NCBI GenBank assembly: GCA_965112735.1
Contig: OZ218961.1
Coordinates: forward strand, 434,001 to 498,000
From: Phaeosaccion multiseriatum
Taxonomy: Eukaryota > Protista > Ochrophyta, other classes
DNA: 64,000 nucleotides
Direction of reading: 5' to 3'
Shown here: positions 50,585 to 60,400 of the stretch, piece by piece
How the letters are laid out: every line of letters begins with the position of its first letter
Numbering within the stretch: position 1 is the first letter of the stretch
Notes under the pieces: model-generated
Told to the model about the DNA's origin: nothing
Databases searched by the model: none
Seen by the model: only the letters and a program-made list of their open reading frames with translations
Made by a program: the position numbers and the translations under genes

Positions 50585-52128
50585 TCAATTTGGCACTCGA
50601 TCCTCAATCTGTACCGAAGCCAACGTCCATGACACCTTCCCCCAACTCACTCCTCCAGCCACTTGAAACTGATGTAACCCCTTTAGCGTCCGACCGACCT
50701 CCTGCCCAATGTGTAGGTCCGGCATGGGCTCTCGAATGGGTGAGAGTTGATAACAAAACATGAGACTCAATCCGGAGGCGGAGTGGTGGAAGCCCTTGGG
50801 AAGTGTAACCGTCGCCTTCCCGTCCTCATCCAGCACACAGTTCCCATGCCACGCACGCGCTACACCCGTTCCTGAAGACGAATATCATCCCAAGGGGGAA
50901 GGAAGGAAGGAGGGGGGGAGGGACGGGGGGAGGGAGGAAGGGGGGGGAGGGAGAGAGGGAGAGAGGGAGGGAGAGAGGGAGGGAGCGAGGAGGGAGGGAG
51001 GAGAAGGAGGGATGGAGGAGGGTTCAGTGCCAGGTGCCGGGGGCCACGGTCAGGGGCCAGGGTCAGGGACGGAGAAAGCTGATAGTCGATAGAGAAAAGT
51101 CGACTGACGATACTAGTTCGTAGTCGAAATATGAAAGTCAGTGGACATACAGATAACAGTGGATAATAGCCGCTAGTTAAGCCTCCTTCCTCTCTACCTG
51201 CGGGGTCTTGGGACTTTATAACTCCACACATGTCCGCAGCATCGATTTTCAGTATGTAACGTTGGGTAAAGAATACACTAAACAGCACGAGCATGGAACA
51301 CATGTAGATCAAAAGAAGGACCTGTATAGAGGCATATGGGGACAGGGGGAGGGAGAGAGAGGGTAAGAGAGGCGGAGGGAGGGAGGGAGGGAGGGAGGGA
51401 AGGAGGGAGGGAAGGAGCGAGAGAGAGAAAGGGAGTGATGGGTGGGGGAAAGGTGGGGGGAAAGGGCAGCGGAGGGGAGCTTCACTTGTCAGTTTCAGTC
51501 TCCGCTTTCAGGGCACAAGCCCACTTCCTTACTTTTCGCCTCCTCCTCTTCCTCCCTTCTCCATCCTCTGCCATCTTCCCAACCCCACCCACCCACTCAT
51601 TGACATACTAAGCCCACACATCCACTGCCATCCGCCCACCTTTACAAAGTCCGGGCTGCCACATGACGGACCGCGAAGGTAAGCCATCAGCGATTGGGTA
51701 AAGATGAGCCCAAACTGGACCAGCTGACAAGAGGTGAGGTAAGGAGACCACCACGCGTGTATTCCCATGGAGGTGAGGATGTAGTGCGAATACATGAGGG
51801 CGTGGGCGATGCAGTTGGTGAGGATGGGGAGGAAGATGTCTCCATTAAAGTCAAAGGGCAGGAAGCTGCCCACCACGACGGTGATGGAGGAGTGGTGAAA
51901 CAGGTGCAGGAAGGTAACCTTTTGTGTTGTGTTCCGGGGGTTTGGGTGCATGGCAGTGGATGGGAGGTTGGTGGATGGATGGCAGTGGATGGGGAGGGAG
52001 AGGAGAGGCGGAGGGGTGGAGAGGCACACACACGGGCGGGGAGGGGGAGGAGAGACAGGGACTTAGTTAGTTACTTGTTGTTACACACAGAAAGAGAGAC
52101 AACGACGGAGTGAGAGAGAGCAAGAAGA

Positions 52129-52159
<31 letters not shown>

Positions 52160-52509
52160 CAAGAGAGGTAGAGAGGCGGAGAGGGAGAGAGAACATGAGA
52201 GAGGGAGAGAGATGGAGGGGGAGAGGACGTAAAAGAAGGGAGCTGACAAATGAAAAGCTCTTGAGAGGAGGGGTAAGTGCTGTCGGAGCCCCACTGCTTA
52301 GAGCAGAGGGGGGAGTATTGCGGGGCAGGTGAAGGAGGGGAGGGAGGAAGAAGGGAGAGAGAAGAGGGGAAAGGGAGGGTGCGAAGGGAGGGTGAAGAGA
52401 GGGCGTGAAGGGGCAGTGAAGGGAGAGAAGGTGAAGGGAGGGTGAACGGAGGGTGAAGCGATAGTGAAGTGAAGTGAAGTGAAGTGAAGTGAAGTGAACC
52501 CCCCCCCCC

Positions 52510-52550
<41 letters not shown>

Positions 52551-53535
52551 CCAAGCTCTTGCTGCATCGCCCACTCCTCGCTCGTACCTGACGAAAGGAG
52601 AAGCGCAGAAGGAAGAAGAAGGTGTCGCCGAACTCCAGCCACTTTTGGATGTAAAACAGCGCAATCAGCCTGGCCACGGCCTGCCCCAGGGGGTCCGTCC
52701 GAAGAGTGTTGCACATAAAGTTGGTGCTGTCCGCGTTCAGAACCTCCTCTGCGTGTTGTAAAAACTGCACCCGCTCCTCCGACATCAAGAAACACGCATC
52801 ATCCTGCTCCCCTCCCGAAACTGCTCCTCCTCCTCCCGCTCCTACGCAGAAACCACTACCACTATCACCACTGTACCCTCCCATCCCTCCTCCTCCTCCT
52901 CCTCCTCCTCCTCCTCCTCTTCTCAGAAATCCTGCCTCTTGGAGTGAGTGCCTCTCCTTTATCTCTTGCAGCTTGTAACGTACGAGTCCCACCGCTATGT
53001 AAAGGCTCATTGCCACGTGGAGGAGGTTGTATAGCAGCATGGGTACCTTTAGCGGGAAGGGGGGGCGGGAACCAAGCCACCGAGGGAAAGAGAGGGCACA
53101 CAGAAATGAGGACGAGTAGGCGAGATAGTGACTAGTGAGAAGAGGGAGAAAGAGAAAGATGGGGGGGGGGTCAGGGAGAAGAGAAGAGAACGGGACAGAG
53201 AGAGAGAGAGAGAGAGAGAGAGACGCACACACACGCACAACACACAGAGAGAGAGAGAGAGATAGCAGACAGCCTCCAAGGGATGCAACTGCAGGGTACA
53301 CACTGACCTTGACGTTGTAAGCGCTCCCTCTCCTCCGCATCTTGACGTACAGGGCCCCGGCACAGAGCACGTACAAGACATTGCCCACCACCAGCAGGGT
53401 CTCCTCGACGTCCATATCGAACAGGTCGAGAAGCCATGTCGAGGGCTGGAGGCCGTCCTGGACGCGCACATGGTAGGAGGCGATGGAGGCCTCGTACGAG
53501 CTGATGGCGCGGCGGTAGAAGGGCACCAGGACCAT
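50585..53535 (-). CDS. ELO/GNS1-SUR4 fatty-acid elongase with an extra C-terminal beta-rich domain
   Basis: Exons 53308-53535, 52588-53046, 51640-51918, 51198-51321 and 50585-50871 are in phase. ELO motifs: LYN, KWLEFGDTFF, VTFLHLFHH, NCIAHALMYSHY, LTSCQLVQF, LF.FF..RY. Confidence 0.9.
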
Positions 53536-54455
53536 GACTCAGTGCCTCTCTCGGCGATGAAAGATGAGTCCGTCCTTGGCTCCCTCCCCTCGTGTTGGCT
53601 CAAGTCCTTCCTTACTTCCTTCCTTCCTTGGCTTCTTCCACGTGTATCCCCTCTCTATTCCCTCCCTCCCTAACGGTTCTTCCGTTGCTTCCCTTCGCTT
53701 CTATTTCTTCTGCTCCGCTCCCTCTGCTCCCTGTGCGAGCGAGAGCAAGTCGAGCGAGACCCCCTCAAGATCCCAGCCTTGCGCCCTGCTGCATGCGTCC
53801 GGATGGCTCAGTCCACCGTCGACCATGGCCACTTCTGTCGCTAACTCTTGCCCCTTGGCTCTCACTTTGGCGCGATGAGGAAGGACTGACGGAAGCAGGG
53901 AAGCTGGAGGAGCAGTCGGGGCACCTGCGGCCACAGGGGCAGCTGCGGCCACAGATGAAAGCAGATAGTAGGCAGAAAAGGAAGGAGGAAGCAGAGGTAT
54001 CACAGATGAAGAGCAGCAGCAGCACAGAGGCCAAGCAAAAAGGGTTGGCGATTTACAATGTATCCGCGGCTCAGAAGCTGGCCTCGATTTTGTGAGTAGG
54101 TGTCATCGAATTCGAGTTGAGGTTGGCCCGACCCTTGTTGTTTTCGCGTTTCATCGCAGCCAAATGGTTGTGTTCAATTGAATCATGGGGCGTAGGCAGC
54201 GAGGCAGACCAGGGTGCGATGATAGCCTGAGGGTCGAGTAGTACTTGGTGGACGCAGTGCAGAGGGGAAGGAAGAGCTGTGGAGACTCTGTGTAATATTT
54301 TTTCGGAAAGGTGGACCGCGCTGGAAGCAGAAGGCGTGTGCGTTTGGGGGTGGAGGAGATCTTCGCTGCGTCCTGCGCCAGGAGGAGGCTCCGGAATGTG
54401 TTGAGTCGTGCGGCTTCTTTGGTTTCGTCTTTTTGTCTTGTAGCGTGCTGGAAAG

Positions 54456-57400
54456 ATGGCGCACAGAGCGTTTATGGTCCTGTTGCTCCTGCTGCTTCTT
54501 GCTGCACACACTCTGGAAGCAGAGGGGGCGTCGGTGCAGGGTCACGACCACGAGGACGAGGAAGGGGAGAGGCACCACGGTGAAGTGTTGGCTATCGGAG
54601 TCATTATTCTCGCGCTGAGCTGCGGAATCGTTTGCAAGGGATGGGTCGTCAACTACGTCAAGGTGAGGGCGAAAGTCTGATCTATCTGCTCCGTTCTTTT
54701 AAGTGTGTGCACTCATGAAGGATTATCATTCTAACCCACTTGCACCCCATATGTCTTTTCGTGTCTTCTCGCGTGCGTGAGTCTTCTCATCATGGTTCTC
54801 ATTCCCGAACGCCTTGCACCCTTCTTCTTGCTGCTTATGCATAACATCCACCGCCATACCATCAACTAAGTCTCTCCCCCCCCCCCTCATCCCTACACTA
54901 TTCCTCCCCCCGTCCCCCTACTTCCTCCCCTACGCCCTCGCTCCCTCCCTCCCGTCGCTTCCTCCTTCTCTCCGCCCCTGCTCTACATTAACTGCGTGGC
55001 ACACTCGCTCGTACACACGCACGCACGCACGTACCCACGCACGCACCCACGCACACATACCCACAGTTGCCGTACACGGTGATCATCCTCTTCCTTGGAT
55101 GTGCCCTGGCCAAGGTTAACATCGACCACGAAGAGTGGCTCAACGAGGCCCTACACAACTCCACTGAGCTGTGGCAGGCAGTTGACCCTTACGTCCTTCA
55201 GGTCAGCTTAACGGAGCGTTAATGGACCCTTAAGGAGGAGTAATGGGGGCGTTCAGAGGCGTGGACTGATACCAGGCCTGGGTACTGCGTGTTACACGTA
55301 GAAATGGCCCCCTTTTTCTACCTCTTCTGCTCTGCTACTGCTGTTGCTGGTGCTGCCTGTGCTTTCCTCCTGCACCTGCCCTTGCTCTGCCCTTGTGCTG
55401 CTCTGAACAACCAACCCGTCCACCACTGAATACCCAACACCCGCAGGCGCTATTCCTGCCCATCCTCATCTTCGGCTCTGCGGGCTTCAGCGAAGTGCAC
55501 ATCCTCACTAAGGAGCTCTGGCAGGTGCGTATCACCAACTGTGTGTGTGTGTCACCAACGTGTGTGTGTGTGGTGTGTATGCATGTGTGTGTTTGCATTT
55601 GTGTGTGCCACTCACTCCCTCACTAACTCGCATCACTCACCCTCACCCTCTCCCTCATCTACCTTCCTTTTGATCCCCTCCTTCCTTCATTCATCCATGC
55701 CTTTGACCCTCTCTTTCTCTCGTCCATCCATGCCTTTGACCCTCTCTTTCTCTCGTCCATCCATGCCTTTGACCCTCTCTTTCTCTCGTCCATCCATGCA
55801 CTTGGCCTCAAACCTTCCACTGCCTCATCCACCCGTACGTTGTGCCCTCCACTGCCATCCATCAGGTGCTGTACTTGGCCTTCCCCGGAGTCATCATCAG
55901 CACCGCCCTCACGGCCTCCTTTGTCAAATATGTGTTGCCCTATGACTGGTACGTAACTATACGTACCTTCGTACGTAGGAGTGCCCGTAGGAGGCTCAAA
56001 ACCTCCTCCCCAACCATCGCCCCACCCTCACCAATCGTCACATCACCAACTCACCACCTCCCCCCTTGCGAACGGATGGGAACAAAAACAAACCCCGAAC
56101 GATACCGAAACGACACCCAAACGTCACCCAAACGTCACCCACACGCACACACACAGGGGCTGGGACTTGGCCCTCGTGTTCGGGTCCATGATTTCCGCCA
56201 CCGATCCCGTGGCAGTAGTGGCGCTGTTGAAGGAGTTGGGTGTCAGCGACAAATTGGGTATGCTCATCGAGGGAGAATCTCTCTTTAACGACGGTAGCGC
56301 GATTGTCGTGTTTGATGTATTTCTCGAGTCTGCCATTGGCAATGAGCGCAAGTGGTTCGAGATCATCGAGTTTGGGGCTCAGCTTGCTGTGGGAGGGCCC
56401 GTTATGGTGAGTTTTGGGGTTGAGGGCGGAGGGAGGGAGGGAGGGGGCAAGGGAGGGAGGGAGGGAGGGAGGAGGAGGGAGGGAGAGGGTGAGGGTGAGG
56501 GAGGGGGGGGAGGAGAGGGGAGAAGGGAGAGGGAGAGAGAGAGGGAATCACATTAACCTAGTCAACCCAATCAGCCCAACCAACCCAACCAACCTAGCCA
56601 CATTAACCCAATCAACCCACCCAACCTAACCAACGCAACCACATTAACCCGGCCAACCAACACCAACACAAATTCACCTTTGAATGTATGACCATTGAGC
56701 AGGGCACGGTGATTGGCGGTCTGACTGCCTTTGCCTTGGGCTTCATCTTCGACGACGCCCTCGTGGAGATCTCCATCACTATCGTAGCAGCATACGGGAC
56801 CTTCGCGCTGGCGGAGTTCACCAAGTGCAGGGTGTCAGGTGAGGGGGGGGAGGGAGGGAGGGAGGGACGGAGGGACGGAGGGGGGGAGGGAGGTGTGATT
56901 GGTGAAGAGGGAGAGAGGGAGTGAGTATGGGTAGTCGAGGGAGGGTGTTGGAACTACATACCAAGAGGATACGAACGAAGGAAAAGCTAGTAGATGGTGT
57001 CAGAACCAAAGACCAAGAGGCCACAAACGAGGGAAATGGAGGAGGGGAAGGAGCACAGCGGCGGTAGGAGGGAAAGGTGCCAGGGCAGGCAACGTCACAG
57101 GACGAAGAAGGGACACATGCCCAAAGCACCCAAGCATTGCTGTAGTACCACTCACTCTCCCCCTCCCCCTCCCCCATCGCTTTACCTTGTCCGTGACCTT
57201 GAATTGAATTTGAATTTGAATTTGAGCAGGAGTGCTCGCGCTTGTGTTTCTGGGGTTGACACTCAGCACGTACGGATGGCCAAGGATCACGCCCCATGTC
57301 AAGCCCTCGCTCAGACACGTGTGGTGAGTGAGGGGAGGAGGGAGGGAGGGGAGGGATGGATGGATGAATGGATGGAGGGAGGGGAGAGAGGGAAGGAGGT

Positions 57401-60400
57401 AGGTAGGGAGGGAGGGAGGGAGGGAGGTAGGGGTGGAGGGAGGTAAGGAGGGAGGGAGGGAGGGAGGAGGAAGGGAGGGAGGAAGGGAGGAGAGGGGAGG
57501 GAGGGAGGAGGGAGGGAGGGAGGGAGGGAGGGAGGGAGGGAGGGAGGGAGGGAGGGAGGGAGGGAGGGAGGGAGGGAGGGAGGGAGGGTGGAAGGAAGGA
57601 AGGAAGGAAGGGAGGGAGGGAGGGGGGGGAGAGAGGGAGGGAGGGAGGAGGAAGGGAGGGAGGAAGGGAGGGAGGGGAGGAGAGGGGAGGGCAGGGCAGG
57701 GGAGGGGAGGGGAAGTGATGAAGGCGAGGAAGAGAGGGGAGGAGCACACCATAAACACGCGCCACTCCTGCTGGTCCTGTTACGGCCGAACCACTTACTG
57801 CCGTACCACAACTGTGAACTTACGTACCACCAACTGCTGTACCACCACCGTATTACTTAACGCAGGCACCTTTTGGACTACATCGCCAACACGGCAATCT
57901 TCTTCATCTCGGGCCTCATTGTGACGGGGGTGGCCATCACTAACGACAGGGCCATCGACGCCAGCGACTGGTACGTGCGTAAGGGTTACGTAACAGGCCT
58001 TTCAGTCTCAGTTTCAGTGTGCTGGACCTTCTCTGAACCAGCCCCTCTCTGTCTCTGTCTTTCCATTGTGAAAAAAAAAGGAGAAAAAAAAAGAGGTAGC
58101 AATCTGACCACCAAACTAACCACCCCACCCACACCCACTCACACTTACCCTCTGACATACTACACCCCACCCATCCACTGCCATCCACCAGGGGTTGGCT
58201 GCTCGTACTATACCTTGCTCTGTACGTGATTCGCGGCATTGTCGTGCTCTCTGCCGCCCCGCTGCTACGCAGGGGGGGCTATGGCACCTCATGGTCACAG
58301 GTGCGAGACGGCAGTGGAGGGGGGAGGGGTGGAAGGGGGGAGGGCGGGCGGGAGGGAGGGCGGGAGGGAGGGAGGGAGGGAGGGAGGGAGGGAGGGAAGG
58401 AAGGAGGGCGGGAGGGCGGGGGGAGGGAGGGAGGGAGGGAGGGAGGGAGGGAGGAAGGGAGGGAGGGAGGGAGGAGGGAGGAGGGAGGAGGAAGGAGAGA
58501 GAAAGGGACGGAGGGAGGTACAAGTCTTTGGTGAGGAGGATGGAACATGGAACGGCACTTCCCCCCCCCACCCACACCACTTACCCCCATCCACCCCTGC
58601 CCATCCACTGCCATCTCTGCCCATCCCCCGCCATCCCCGTATCACCAACTGCTGCAGATGATTGTCATGGTGCACGCCGGCCTCCGAGGGGCTGTTGCAC
58701 TCATCCTCGCCCTCATCGTGGACGGAGAGGAGGAGATTCAGCAGGTGCGTTCGTGCGTATGTGTGTGCGTGCGTGCGTGCGTGGGTGTGTACATATATGT
58801 GTGTGTGTGTGCGTGCATGTGAGTGCGTGTGTGTGCAGGAGGGAGGGGACTTTGGTCCTCACTCTTACCCCTTGCCCTCACGCCCCCCCTACCTCCTCCC
58901 GCACCCCCAACACCCCCACGCAAACAGGAGCGACGCGACAAGATCGTGTTCCTCACAGCTGGCATTAGTGTACTAACCCTTGTAGTCAACGGCTCCACCA
59001 CCGGCCTCTTGGTGCATGCCCTCGGGCTCGATCGAACCTCGGAGATCGAGGAGGAGGCCTTCAACAGAGCGGCCTACGCACTGGAACTCCAACTGGAGGA
59101 TGATGTTGTGGCCCTCTGCGGGGACTCCTTCCTGCAGGCATGAGTGGTGGAGGTGGAGGGGAGGGAGGATTGGTCTGCCTGCCTTCTGCCCATATGCCTA
59201 CCCATGCGCACGCATGCATGCCTCTCCTTTGTCTCGCTTTCTCTCCTTCTCCATGTCTCTCCTCCTGCTATCCCTTTCTCTCCGTCTTTCTCATCTCCCT
59301 CTCTCCCTCCCTCCCTCCCCATCTCTCCCTCCTCCCCTCTCTCCCTTCCTCTCTCCCCCTCCTTCTCTCCCTCTCCCTTCCCTCCCTCTCTCTCCCCCTC
59401 CCCCTTTCTCTTCCTCCCTCCCTTCTCCCCTCTCTCTCCCTCCCTCCCTCCCTACCTTCTTCCCTCCCTCCCTCCCTTCCCTCCCTTCCCTCCCTCCCTT
59501 CCCTCCGTCCCTTCCCTCCCTCCCTTCTCCCCTCCCTCTGTCCACCCCTTCCCTCCCTCCCTCCCTTCCCTCCCTTCCCTCCCTCCATCCCTTCCCTCCC
59601 TCCCTCCCTTCCCTCCCTCCCTCTCTCCGCCCTCTGTCTCTATCGCAGGATGCGGATTGGAATCTGGCGTGGCGGTACATTCCCGTGTTCAACAAGGAGT
59701 GCTACTGGCGTAGGTGCGTGTGGGTGGGTGCGGGCATGGGATGGCAGTGGATGGGTGGGGTGGCAATGGATGGGTGGGTGCGTGCGTGGGATGGGGTGGG
59801 ATAGGATGGGATGGCAGTGGATGGGTGGGTACAGCGGGTACGGTAGGTGCCGTGGGTGGGGTTGTGGGTGCGTGGGTGGATGAGTGGGTGGGTGGGTGGG
59901 GTTCGTGGAGCAATATTCCGGATATTCCCCTTTCCTCGTTGTCCTTCTTTTCCCTGACCTTCGTCCCTCCCCCTCCCCCTCTCCCCTAAGAATATCTGAG
60001 GGCAACACTGTGTTGGCAGACAACGAGAGGGCGCTTGTCCGCACTCTGGCTAACGAGGCAAAGAGCTGCAGCGCACCCTTTGACAAGGACCGAGGCGGTC
60101 AAGGCGGTCAAGGCGGTCAAGACAGGGGCAAGGGCAAGCAAACTCCTGCTGCAGCTGTAGGCATGGCACGTGCCAGCCCCATCTTCAGGTGAGTGAGTGG
60201 TTGGGTGGGTGGGTGAGTGAGGGAGTGAGTGAGTGAGTGAGTGAGGGAGTGAAGGAGTGAGTGAGTGAGTGAGTAAGTGAGTGAGTGAGTGAGTGAGGGA
60301 GTGAGGGAGTGAGGGAGTGAGGGAGTGAGTGAGTCAATGAGTGAGTGAGGGAGTGAGTGAGTAAGTGAGGGAGTGAGGGAGTGAGGGAGTGAGTGAGGGA

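Noticed and set aside
53701-53826. Short ORF upstream of the elongase as an extra first exon
   Set aside because: It ends in a stop with no in-phase donor; at most a uORF.
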